Assembly: GCF_006345805.1 (NCBI RefSeq) | Contig: NC_043004.1 | Location: 35,712,001-35,776,000 of the forward strand | Length of the DNA stretch: 64,000 bases | Direction: 5' to 3' | Origin: Octopus sinensis | Lineage: Eukaryota | Shown here: positions 49,750-62,887 of the stretch, in pieces | Layout: each line of letters starts with the position of its first letter | Position numbering within the stretch: position 1 is the stretch's first letter | Made by a program: the position numbers and the translations under genes | The notes under the pieces: model-generated | The model's input: only the letters and a program-made list of their open reading frames with translations | Databases searched by the model: none | What the model was told of the DNA's origin: nothing

Positions 49750-51016
49750 CACACCCAAGTCAGTAGTGGGGGTGGGTGTGCTGAAAGTGTAACGGCTAGA
49801 GTAAGAATAGCCTGGGCAAAGTTTAGGGAGCTCTTACCTCTGTTGGTGACTAAAGGCCTCTCGCTCAGAGTAAAAGGCAGACTGTATGATGCATGTGTAC
49901 GAACAGCCATGCTACATGGCAGTGAAACATGGGCCGTGACTGCTGAGGACATGCGTAAGCTCGCGAGAAATGAAGCTAGTATGCTCCGTTGGATGTGTAA
50001 TGTCAGTGTTCATAGTCGACAGAGTGTAAGTACCTGAGAGAAAAGTTGGACCTAAGAGCTATCAGATGTTGTGTGCAAGAGAGACGATTGCGCTGGTATG
50101 GTCATGTGGTGAGAATGGATGAAGATAGGTGTGTGAAAAAGTGCCACACCCTGGCAGTTGAGGGGACCTGTGGAAGAGGTAGACCCAGGAAAACCTGGGT
50201 CAAGGTGGTGAAGCACGACCTTCGAACTCTAGGTTTCACCAAAGAAATGACCAGAGACCGAGACCTATGGAAGTATGCTGTGCGTGAGAAGACCCGGCAA
50301 GACCAGTGAGAACAATCAAAATCAAATCATATATCAGAAAGCAGGGGTTAAGTGACCCATCCGTTCGTGTCCGCTGTCAGCCTCGCCTGGCCTCGTGCCG
50401 GTGACACGTAAAAGCACCGTCCGTTCGTGGCCGTTTTCCAGCTCTGTCTGGCAACCGTGTCGGTGGCACATAAAAGCACCATCCGTTCGCGTCCGTTGCC
50501 AGCCTCGGCTGGCCCCCGTACCGGTGACACGTAAAAGCACCATCCGTTCATGGCCGTTTGCCAGCTCTGTCTGGCCCCGTGTCAGTGGCACGTAAAAGCA
50601 CCATCCGTTCATGTTCGTTGTCAGCCTCGGCTGGCCCCCGTGCCGGTGACACATAAAAGCACCGCCCATTCGTGGCCGTTTGCCAGCTCTGTCTGGCCCC
50701 GTGTCGGTGGCACGTAAAAGCACCATCCGTTCGTGTCCGTTGCCAGCATCGCCTGGCCCCGTGCCAGTGACATGTAAAAGCACCATCCGTTCGTGGCCGT
50801 TCGCCAGCTCTGTCTGGCACCTGTGCAGGTGGCACGTAAAAAACACCCACTACACTCGCGGAGTGGTTGGCGTTAGGAAGGGCATCCAGCCATAGAAACA
50901 CTGCCAGATCTGACTGGGCCTGACGAAGCCTCCCAGCTTCACAGACCCCAGTTGACCCGTCCAACCCATGCTAGCATGGAAAGCGGACGCTAAATGATGA
51001 TGATGATGATGATGAT
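49750..51016 (+). mobile_element. 5'-truncated RTE with expanded tandem array in the 3' UTR
   Basis: QVSSGGGCAESVTARVRIAWAKFRELL..HGSETW..RLRWYGHV..GRPRKTW with a stop at 50309; array 50356-50837; (GAT)n tail. Confidence 0.95.
50356..50837 (+). repeat. 8 x ~61-bp units, alternating A/B (4 x ~122-bp dimer)
   Basis: AAAAGCACC anchors at 50410, 50472, 50533, 50594, 50655, 50716 and 50776; related AAAAAACACC at ~50838. Confidence 0.95.
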
Positions 51017-51021
51017 ATATA

Positions 51022-51090
<69 letters not shown>

Positions 51091-51091
51091 T

Positions 51092-51122
<31 letters not shown>

Positions 51123-51183
51123 AAGAAAGAAAGATAGATTTTCATGACTGTGTGTTTAAAAGTTTACTTCTCACCCATTTTGC

Positions 51184-51218
<35 letters not shown>

Positions 51219-51224
51219 AGAGGA

Positions 51225-51561
51225 GGAGACCCCCTTTGGTCATGAATGACCATGGGACTGCATCTAGAATGTTGCCCTCTGAGGCAAAAGTCAGGGCAAG
51301 GTTGTTTGTGGAAGGCTAGCAGTCACCCATGCATACCAGCCTCCCCTCTCCATGCCACTGATGTTATCCAAGGGAAAAGCAAAAGGACTGATACAGCTTG
51401 GCACCAGTGATGTCACAACCCATTTCTACAGCTGAGTTAACTGGAGCAACGTGAAATAAAATGTCTTGCTCAAGAATACAACACACAGCCCGGTCCGGGA
51501 ATCGAACTCACAACCTCATGATCGTAAGCTCTACACTCTAACCACTGAGCCATGTGCCTCC
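51225..51561 (-). mobile_element. tRNA-derived SINE, family D
   Basis: Minus strand GGAGGCACATGGCTCAGTGGTTAGAG (A box) ..GAGTTCGATTCCCGG (B box) ..CTTGAGCAAGACATTTTATTTCACGTTGCTCCAG central domain. Confidence 0.8.
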
Positions 51562-51580
51562 ATGCGCACACATTCATTTC

Positions 51581-51626
<46 letters not shown>

Positions 51627-51938
51627 TACATACATGCATACATACATATGCTTGCATATGCGTGTTTGTTCATGTCACGTTACCTTGTCTTTAGATCATA
51701 CACTAGTTGTAAGCAAATGTCAGTGATATAAGCATTGCTGTTCACCCAATGTGCTGTTTTTGTTTGAAGGACAAAGGTAAATACTACCCTATGTGAAAAC
51801 ATGTGAGAGTTAGTGCAAAGAGAGTATCCAGCCATAGACAATCTACATCTGTCTCGTGTATATATGGAATGGTGGATGTTTAAATGTTGTGTGTGTGTCT
51901 TCCTCTATGCATGTGTTTAAATTTTACATTTATATATA

Positions 51939-52090
51939 CAGTAATCCCTTGCTATTTTGTGGTTCACCTACCGCAGTTCACCGATCGCAGTTCACCAATC
52001 ACTGTTTATTATTTAAGCTTACATCAATTCCTCCATGATATAGGTTTGCATTTCGTGGATTTTCACCTACCATGGGTGGTTTTGGAATGG
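51939..52090 (+). mobile_element. pogo/Tigger-like MITE fragment
   Basis: TA|CAGTAATCCCTTGCTATTTTGTGGTTCACC terminus. The right end is not recovered. Confidence 0.45.
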
Positions 52091-53483
52091 TAGTTGAGAG
52101 ATTATTGTATATGCATTTCATTTTGATTACATAAATAAAGAATTTAATGTATTAATTATTCAGTACATCACACATATATGAAATTATCTTAATTTATGTA
52201 GGTAGTATCTCTGACAGATTGCCTTTAATTCTTTATTTTTTAATTTCATATATATATATATATATATATATCATAATCTACCTGACTTATCTAAATTCAT
52301 GCCTTTGGCAAGCTTGAGTTTTCTCCCATTAGCTTAATTTTTCCCTATTTCCCTATTTTTAGAAATTTCTATCCACTGACCGAAGCAATCTTGAGAATGC
52401 ATTGCTTTACTGATGAGGACTAATCAGAAGGAAACATATCTATAGCTGTATGTATGCAGGTGACTAGCTATGTACGTTGCTCTGTAAGAATGTATGTATA
52501 CGTGTGAGTATGTATGTATATATGTATGGGTACATGTACAGTTGAGTGTCTATAGGTCGTTATATTGATTGTAATTTGAGCAATGGGGACATTTGTTTAC
52601 ATCTTCCATAAGCAATATATGTTACGGCGTGGCAGTTTCATTGGGTTCTGAGTGTAAATATGAGTGAAACAAACGAAAGCATTGCCTTATTTGAAAAATC
52701 AAATCAAGGATTGACCAGAGAAAAAGCTTCTGATTCTACAAATATAACTTGTACAATTCTCGTCTAACCCATGCCAATAAGGAAAAAAGCAGTAAAGAAA
52801 ATAATGATATGAATATAAGCACCTGCACACACCACAAATATCACACGGATGAATGAGGGTGTTTATAATTTCCAACCATTTATTATGCATGCATTAAATT
52901 TCAGGTATTTTCCTACACGAGTCCAGTCTTTAAATTAAAGATCAGAATTTTTAATATATTCACCAAAATCTTGACCAAAATAGATCATCATATCTACTCA
53001 TAGACATTATATCTGTGGAATCATTAACAGATTACATCTTGGCACATGTCGCTCATAGCATGATATATCCAGGCACTGCTCACAAATATGCTATTAATTT
53101 TTTTGTTACCATATAAACACTGCTTTGGTTTATCAAATAATTTGGAAAAAAATGAAAAATTTAGTAAAATTACTTTGTCATTATTAAGCTAAGCTTTGGA
53201 ACATAAAATGAAATTTTAAGAGAAAGTTTAAATTTCAAATCACTTCAAAACAAGCAGCTTATATTATAGAACCAAGAGCAGTCATGGGCAGGTTGGTACC
53301 AAAGGGATTAATAAGGGTTTATATAAATCAGTTTAACCAACTGATTAGCATATGTAATATATTGCTGTCAGTTAGTTTGATTAATTAATCACTTGTGTAT
53401 ATTAAGCCTTTTGATAACATCCCACCTCTGACCACCCATGCTTCTATCATGCAAACTCCCTATTTTATGAAGAACTAAATTAA

Positions 53484-53687
53484 AAGGGGTATCAGCCATC
53501 TGAATGTGGCTAGCCACTGGGGGGGGATGTTACTGATGCTTTTAGCCCCAGGCAATCAACGTCACCAGAAGGACTTTAGACACTATCTCAAAGTCCTTCT
53601 GGTGACATTGATCGCCTGGGGCTAAAAGCATCAGTAACACCCCCACCCCCCCAGTGGCTAGCCACATTCAGATGGCTGATACCCCTT
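53484..53687. repeat. 204-bp near-perfect palindrome (fold-back MITE)
   Basis: Arms of ~94-98 bp (AAGGGGTATCAGCCATC...AGAAGGACTTT / AAAGTCCTTCT...GATGGCTGATACCCCTT) around a 12-nt loop at 53578-53589. Confidence 0.95.
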
Positions 53688-54074
53688 ACGTTGTCGAGCG
53701 GTTACTGTTTATATCTCGTTCAGAGATTTATTAAATTAAAAGCTTCTCTCAAAATCTCATGCTGAATTAATGTTCCAAACACAAGCTAAATAAGGACAGG
53801 ACAAAGTTATTTAACTAAATTCTTCATGATTTTAAAAATTAATTGAAACCAAAGCAGTGTATTTCAATTAGGAATAGATTAAGTTGAGGGTTGACAGTAT
53901 TTTGGGTCAATGTTGTACTTTACCAGAGGATACACTCATAGATTGTTAACTGTATCTAGAAAAAGATGTTAACACATTGTTTTCTTCATAAGGAATCAAC
54001 CAGACTAATTTCAGTCATGCTTAACAATCATCATTGACAGAGCACTACCTACATATGTCCACAGAAGCATTACT

Positions 54075-54450
54075 TATCATCATCATCATCGTTTAACGTC
54101 TGCTTTCCATACTGGCATGGGTTGGACGATTTGACTGAGGTCTGGCAAACCAGATGGCTGCACCAGGCTCCAATCTTGATCTGGCAGAGTTTCTACAGCT
54201 GGATGCCCTTCCTAATGCCAACCACTCCGAGAGTGTAGTGGGTGATTTTATGTGCCACCGGCATGGGGGCCAGTCAGGCAGTACTGGCAAGGATCTCACT
54301 CGAATCTTTTTACACATGCCAATGGCACAGGTGCCAGTAAGGCGATGCTGGTAATGATCCCACTCGAATGGTACCTCCTACATGCCACCGGCATGGAAGC
54401 CAGTTAGCCGCTCTGGCAACAATCACGCTCAGATGGTGCTCTTAGCACCT
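54075..54450 (-). mobile_element. RTE 3' UTR fragment
   Basis: ATCATCATCATCGTTTAACGTCTGCTTTCCATAC..CAGCTGGATGCCCTTCC..GTGCCACCGGC. Confidence 0.85.
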
Positions 54451-55273
54451 TGAAGTAATTTTTAGTCAGAGCTGGAGTAAATTAAAGGAAACTGCATATA
54501 TAACTCTTTCTTGGATGCTTGTTTCATTAAGAAATTACTCATGTTCTAATGGTGTGATGTTTCAAGGTATATGCTGTAAATTCTTGAGTGAACAGAATTT
54601 TAAGTGACATTGTATGCAAAATCACCGTCATCATTACCACCACTGCAAGCATCATCATCATCAAACTGACCTTCATTAGACTTACTGAATGTAACATATA
54701 TGTAAACACTATCTTAAGATACAATATCTTCATGGACAGAAAATCAGGGATCATCCAGTTTTAATCCTGCATTTGAACTGTATTAGAACTCAAGGATTGA
54801 CTGGTCATTGAAATACTGGCTATAAACCCAGAAGTTCTAAAGGCTTGAATAAATTAAAGAAACCAATTTGCATGTGTGTATGTGTCAGTGTGCGTGTGTT
54901 TATATTCAATGCCAAATCAGACTGGAACCATCCAACCCATGCCAGCATGGAAAGTAGACGTTAAATGATGCTGATGATGGTAATGATTTTGATATACAAT
55001 GTACATCATAGCAATGAGATATAACACTGTTAATGCCATAATGATATTTTAATCTGACCAACAAGCAAACGTGTGTTAATACACACAATTCTGTTTGATC
55101 CTATACTTTTGTTCTTAGTTATTGTGGCTTTGTGGTACAAGGTTTGTAGTTTGACCGACTGATCCTACTTCTTGTGTCCATGAAGCTGTTGCACACACAA
55201 ACACTATTGTTTATGTCCACCTATGAAAACAACATAGGTTAAACATCTACAGACGTATGCTGTAGTAGAGTAG

Positions 55274-55316
<43 letters not shown>

Positions 55317-55539
55317 CCATGCATGTGTGTGTGTATGTGCAAAATGTTCCTTTCTTTTCACTAACTTTTAACAATAATTCCTCCCTTCCCTGGCCCCTTC
55401 CATACTCCCCCTGCGCTGAAGCATCAATCTTTGTCAAAGACTGGCTCTCCAGCACTAGACAACAACACACAAAGAAAAAGATAAGCAGTATTCTATTGTT
55501 TTCTTAGGAAAATCCAGACATTCCTTATTTGTAAATAAA

Positions 55540-55620
55540 GACATAAAAGAAGAAAGAAAGAAAGAAAGTAAAGAAAAGAAAGAAAGAAAAGAAAGAAAGA
55601 AAGAAAAGAAGAAAGGAAGA
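55540..55620 (+). repeat. (GAAA)n purine tract
   Basis: Direct inspection. Confidence 0.9.
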
Positions 55621-55689
55621 AACCACCATCACTTCTGACTTCTTTTTCTATCTTATTTTTATTTCATTGTATATGCCAAAGAACTTCCA

Positions 55690-55738
55690 TTCCTATACTC
55701 TGTGTGTGTGTGTGTGTGTGCACATACATACATATATA

Positions 55739-55780
<42 letters not shown>

Positions 55781-56186
55781 CACACATACATACATATATA
55801 TATATACACACATACATATATATACACACATACATACATATATATATATACACACATACATACATATATATATATACACACATACATACATATATATATA
55901 TACACACATACATACATATATATATATACACACATACATACATATATATATATATACACACACACATACATATATATTATACACACATACATACATATAT
56001 ATATATATACACCATACATACTATATATATATACACACATACATACATATATATATATATACACACATACATACATATATATATATATACACACATACAT
56101 ACATATATATATATATACACACATACATACATATATATATATATACACACATACATACATATATATATATATACACACATACATAC

Positions 56187-56240
<54 letters not shown>

Positions 56241-56450
56241 TACATATAATATATACACACATACATACATATATATATAATACACACATACATACATATA
56301 TATATATATTATATATACACACATACATACATATATAATATATACACACATACATACATATATATATATATACACACATACATACATATATATATATATC
56401 ACACATACATACATATATATATATATACACACATACATACATACATATAT

Positions 56451-56481
<31 letters not shown>

Positions 56482-56543
56482 TATAATATATACACCACAT
56501 ACATATATATATATATATATATACACACATACATATATATTAT

Positions 56544-56587
<44 letters not shown>

Positions 56588-56752
56588 ATAATATATATAT
56601 ATATATATACACACATACTATATATATATATATATATATATATACACAATACATATATATATATATATATAATATACACACATACATATATATATATATA
56701 TACACATACATACATATATAATATATATACACACACACACATATATATATAT

Positions 56753-56796
<44 letters not shown>

Positions 56797-57000
56797 ATAT
56801 ATATATATAATATATATATACACACATATATATATATATATATATACACACATACATATATATATATATATACACACATACATATATATATACACACATA
56901 CATATATATATATATAATATATATATATACACATACATACATACATATATACATATGTATGTACATAAGTATGTATGTGTGTGTGTATGTATGTACATAG
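55690..57000. repeat. ~1.3-kb compound micro/minisatellite, unit approx (TA)5-7 CACACATACATACA
   Basis: Direct inspection. It generates the long spurious IY/TH/CV ORFs. Confidence 0.97.
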
Positions 57001-58094
57001 AATCATGTTTATAGATGAGATATATTTTTCCGGGTTAATCTACCCGTACACAGCAATACATTCCTTTTCTAATTCACATGTTCTCTACTATACTTAAACA
57101 AGTTATATCCTTACTTAAACCTATGCCATTTATTTGATAAAACTACGTTTATCTTATTACTAGGTTTAGTAAACCTTATTTCAATCCCCACATGTCACAG
57201 AAATCGAGAGAAAAGTACAATCTGTTGATGCAAGCTTTTATTGTACTTCAGATATACAAAGATGATTGCACTGGAGAAATGCATCTAAACATCAAAATTA
57301 TGGCTTATAAGCCAATAGCAGTGTTTCTTGTAAAGTGTGTACAAAGTAATTGGAAACCCTTCTTATTTCACTTAATGGCAAACAGTTGGAAGTTAAGGTA
57401 ATTAAAGGATACCAACCAAACTGAAATTTTACTTTTGCAGTCCACTGCACTTATTGTGTCTCAGTTCTCGCATATGAGGAGCGTGGGGGTGGGGGTTGAG
57501 GAGGGGGATGTTTTATAAGAATTCTCAGATGTGATTATTATGCTTTTAGACAAATGTATCTTTGCATTTGATCAAAATTTGTCTTTAATTCATGAAATCC
57601 TGATCTAAATGAACTTAACAGGAAATCTGGCTTCTCACTCATAAACCACCTCCAACCACCCTTCGATCTTCTTATTAATTACTCATCAACACTACTACCA
57701 CTACTATAACCATTAGTACTATCACCATCACCATCATCATCACAATCAATATTCTGCAATACATCATTTAATAGAGTCACTCTATTTTCCTTTCTCTTAC
57801 CAAAGACTTTGCCATATTAGATGTATTGAATCTTAGAGCAATATGTCTACAAAAGCTGAGATAACTAGAGCTGGGCAAGTTAATACTATATCAGACAAGT
57901 AGTTGTGGTACTGCCAAACATGAAGTGTTCATACTTTAGAGAGTGGACCACCAATGGCCTTGGCTACCATTTAGTGGAATGACTCACTCATATGTAAAAT
58001 TAAAACTATACTCATACTACTGAGCTCAATTCTTCTAGCAAGGTACGATCCATAAAAGCATTGCATATTATAATCCATGCCTGTATATATTCTT

Positions 58095-58465
58095 TTATTC
58101 TTTTACTTGTTTCAGTCATTTGACTGTAGCCATGCTGGAGCACCACCTTTAGTCGAACAAATCGACTCAAGGACTTATTCTTCGTAAGCCTAGTACTTAT
58201 TCTATTGGTCTCTATTGCCGAACCACTAAGCTACAGGGAAGTAAACATACTAACATCAGTTGTTAAGTGATGGAGGGGGGTGTGACAAACACAGACACAC
58301 ATACATGACAGGCTTCTTTCAGTTTCCATCTACCAAATCTACTCACAAGGCTTTGGTCAGCCTGAGGTTGTAGTAGAAGACACTTGCCCAAGGTGCCAGA
58401 CAGTGGGACTGAACCCAAAACCATGTGGTGGGGAAGCAAGCTTCTTACCATACGGCCACTGCTGC
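58095..58465 (-). mobile_element. tRNA-derived SINE family A with tail, near full length
   Basis: TTTTACTTGTTTCAGTCATTTGACTGTAGCCATGCTGGAGC tail; GACAGGCTTCTTTCAG..CTTGCCCAAGGTGCC..GGGACTGAACCC head. Confidence 0.85.
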
Positions 58466-58468
58466 ACC

Positions 58469-58506
<38 letters not shown>

Positions 58507-58941
58507 ATATAATATATATATATATTATATATATATATATAAACATGTAAAAAATCTTGCACAACAAATATTTAAACGTATATATATATAAGTTTGGGTT
58601 ATAATGGTCTAGTAGTTAGGATGTTGGATTCCTGGTCACTAGATCATGGTTTCAATTCCTGAAGCAAGCAACAAGTTGTAGTTTTGAACAAAACACTTCA
58701 TGCTCATCTATAAATGGATAACCCAGCAACAGACTAGCCTCCCAGTCAGGGAGAATGTTGCCCTGCTCACCAACCCAGCTGGGTGGCATCATTTGATAGC
58801 TAAAACATTGTAAGGAACATTGGGACCAGTGATATATAACATCCAATAGTCTGATTGACCACATGATAAATACCTATACATCTCCATGTCTCACTGCATG
58901 GTTCCTAGGGCAACTGTCTTCTGCAATAACCACAATGACCA

Positions 58942-59790
58942 CTGTTGCCTAGGTGACCAAGTCAGTAGCTGGGGTGGATGCTCTGATAAGAGTAGCTGCT
59001 AGAATAAGAATAGTCTACCTCTACTGGTAACAAAGAGCCTTTCACTCTGAGTGAAAGGTATACTGTATGATGCCTGTGTGCGAACAGCCATGCTATATGG
59101 TAGTAAAACAGGAGCTGTAACTGCTGAGGACATGCGTAAGCTTGAAAGAAATGAAGTTAGTATGCTCCACTGGGTGTGTAATGTCAGTGTGCATGCATAA
59201 CAGAGTGTAAGTGTCCTTACAGAAAAGTTGGACATAAGAAGCATCAGATGTGGTGTGCAAGGGAGACAACTGCACATGTATGGTCGTGTTGCATATGGAT
59301 GAGGACAACTGTGTGAAGAAGTGTCACACCCTAACAGTGGAGGGAACCTGTGGAAGAGGTAGACCCAGGAAGGCATGGGATGAGGTAGTGAAGCACGACC
59401 TTCAAACATTGGGCCTCACAGAGGGAATGACAAGTGACTGAGACTTTTGGAGATATGCTGTGCTTGAGAAGACCTGGCAAGCCAAGTGAGATTGTAGCTG
59501 TGGCTGATGCCAGTGTCGCATAACTGGCACCCGTGCTGGTGACACGTAAAAAGCACCATTCGAGCATGGTCGATGCCAGTGCCACCTAAATGGCCCTCAT
59601 GTCAGTGACATGTAAAAAGTACCCACTACACTCTCAGAGTGGTTGGCATCAGGAAGGGCATCCAGCTGTAGAAACCTTGCCTGATCATATTGGAGCCTGG
59701 TGCAGCCTCCTGGCTTGCCAGCCCTCAGTCAAACCAGCCAACCCATACCAGCATGGAAGTCGAACATTAAATGATGATGGTGGTGGTGGT
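58942..59790 (+). mobile_element. 5'-truncated RTE: ORF C-terminus + 3' UTR
   Basis: LGDQVSS..LYDACVRTAMLYGS..CVKKCHTLTVEGTCGRGRPRKAWDEVVKHDLQTLGL; tail ACATTAAATGATGATGG. Confidence 0.9.
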
Positions 59791-62700
59791 GGTAGTGGTG
59801 TTGGTGGCAGCAGCGGTGACAGTGACGATGATAGACTATATAAATCATATTATTTAGTTTGCCGTACAGAGCCAACCAACATCTTATATGCAAATCAACA
59901 CAGTCATTAAACATAAGATTTTGACAAGTTGCTGCTGTTAAGTTTAAGGATTTACTTTTGAAGTTCTCGACATCATCTTTTGTAGATAAACCATGTTAGT
60001 TTCTTTTACCATATAATGTTCCTGAAAAGTTTTAACCATTTTCTTACCATTTTTCTATTGAAATTCATTGCCTCTGTTTCATAGAATTTTGAAAATAATA
60101 AAGAATTTAGCAAAATAAGTTTGTCATTATTAATTTAGTATTTGACATAAATTAACATGAACTTTTGATGGAAGGTTTTAACTTAGATCCTATTAATAAA
60201 AGGAAGATTGCATCACAGTACCTGGGGTGATTTAGCAAAAAGAGCTAAACATAAAAATACTACAATGAAAGAAAATATTTGTCCATTTTTACAGGACTAC
60301 TTCCACTTGTTCCTATACTGTTGGACATTTAATAAACAAAGACATGGAAATGTAGTGGTTATGTGGCCTATTTGCTATTCAACCCTTTTCATACCAACCT
60401 ACTTGAGACAAACCTTATTTCTATCATACAAAGTGAGCTAAATTAAAACCTGTCAAAATTTCATGATAATTTAATTTCCAAATGCCATTTTAGTAATGAC
60501 AAAGTTATTTTAGAAAATTCTTCAATATCTTCAAAATTAATTGAAACAAAGGTAGCATAATTCAATAGAAATTTTGTTTATCTAAATCAGTTGGTCCTAA
60601 TTGTATTCTTCGTTACTTCTTATGCTATAGATTTGCTATTATAGAAACCCTGGGGTGGGGGTGGGGGTGAGAGTTTTTCTCAGCAACAATAAAAAACCTC
60701 AACAATAATGGACTCCTCTCTGAGAAGATACTCTTCAACAAGGGAGATTCCATGAATTGCTTCTCCACTGCATTTCTTGTAAAGTCTTAGATTAATCAAT
60801 ATTTTCCTAAGTACTACAAAGGTAGATGTAAGAGTTTGGTAAACAGAGATCATAACACATTTCCAATTGATAGTCAAAGCCATTTCACTTTATTTACTCC
60901 ATTAATGTTCTGGCAAAAAGAATGTATATCACAACCTCCCACTTCTTTCTCTGTTTCTTCTAAGTTTTCATCAATATTTTAATACACATTTCCTTGTATT
61001 CATTGATTGGGTCTATTGAAAAAATTCTATTTTATATAGTGCAGTTTTTCAAATAGTAAATTAAAGTTTTCTTTTTTAATTTGCTTCAATAATAAATGTT
61101 TTTGTTGCCATTAATAAAACTAAAGGGAAAAAAGGATTATCACTGTCCCAATGAAAAATAAGAAATGCAAAGAAAAAAATAAAATAAAATAAAATAAAAA
61201 GGGGGGAAAAAATTTAATATCACAAGATGGCTATTTGATGTGAGTTAGTTTCAGTGGTTTGCTTGATAGAGCAGTATTAAATTTATAGTGTTTTCCTCTT
61301 ATTTCAGCCAACTTCATGTGGTGGCGATCCAATGTTTATTATCAGTGCTGACAGCAAAATGAGGTTTTTATTCAAACTATGCAATACTGTTTTCAGTATT
61401 ATACACAAAAACAATGAAAGCCAAAAAAAAAAGAAAAAGAAAAAATTGCAAACTTTTCTTTCTTTCAACTATTCTTTATGTTTGTTGTTATTTTTTTGTT
61501 GTAGAAGTTGTTCTCATTTTATTCAATGAAATACAAATACTATTTTATTTCAAACGCAAAGACAAACAAAAGATGAAATAAATAGAATAATGTTTAACAA
61601 TCACAAACTAAAACACGACCCAACATAAAGAAACAGAAAGAAGCAAAAAAGAAAACAGAACACTTCCTCCTGAAGGAAAATAAAATCATTTTAAAAAGAA
61701 GTGTAAAAAAAAAAAACACTAAACTGAAATTCAGGAAATAAATCTAACTGAAATGTGAATGTAGCAAATATTGTCCAATTTCGTTAATTCTAGCTGTTTG
61801 TGAAATTTGTATTTAAAGTTAAGGGAAAGATCAGGATAGCTGAGTGACATTTTAAAAATATTTCTTTTATTCATTATAACCATGTTTTATTTGGATGGTA
61901 GCTATATCTATTTACATTCCATTATAATGTAGCTATACAAGTGAGCAAGCAAATACCTGCCTTAATGGCAATTTTATAAGAGTAGGATATAATAAGACTT
62001 CACAGCTATCATATTTATTATCAACATCCTTGCAATGATTCTATCACTGATGGCCGATTCCTGTCTACTTTTCTACAAAAGTAATAATTCTTGACTACAA
62101 CAGAGAAGCATTATACACATAACAGTGCTCTTATCGGGCCTTATGATTTCTGGTGACCTTTCATGGTGTAAACACACATAAATAATAGTCTCAACAATCC
62201 AATAAGAGAACCTCCGTTTGATTATTTTTACCTGCAAGAAATAACAGCCAAATATCCTTTATAATACAGCCTACCATCTTACAAATAAGTAGTTCGGCAG
62301 AAAAGATAGATTGACTATGATTGGATTGTTCTTAACCATACATCTGCCGAGTATGGGTCAACTTGGATAAAGAAATAACAACAACAATAACAATATAATT
62401 GATATTAAATAATGACAGCAATTCATTTCATATGCAATGGAATGTAACGAAGCATCACAGAATATTTTGTCCAATAACCCACTGTTATATCCAAACGTCC
62501 ATATATATATATATATATATACAGACAGACATACAGACATATATGATGGCTGCCCCCTCCTTATCGGGTATGGCAATTGCACGAAACTTAACTGTTATTG
62601 GTGCTGTGATCGAATGTGACTTTTTAGCCCAGCTAAAGATCTACAATGTCTTGTACAGAATTGGCAGCTAAAACCTTTACCAGTAATAGCCGGCTGTAGT

Positions 62701-62887
62701 TGTAACTGGGCTTCATGTACCTTTGTATGTCGTTTAAGTCATCCTGCCGAATTACACTCTCTTCCACATGCCTGACAGATATGATTAGTATGCGTGCATA
62801 CGTACGTGCGTGCGTGCATACGTGTGTATATGCATGCATGCATACATGCATACATACATACATACATACATACATACATGACTCTAC

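Noticed and set aside
50356-50837. CRISPR-like regularly spaced repeats
   Set aside because: The 'spacers' are themselves repeated A/B units, the array lies inside a LINE 3' UTR, there are no cas genes, and the context is eukaryotic.
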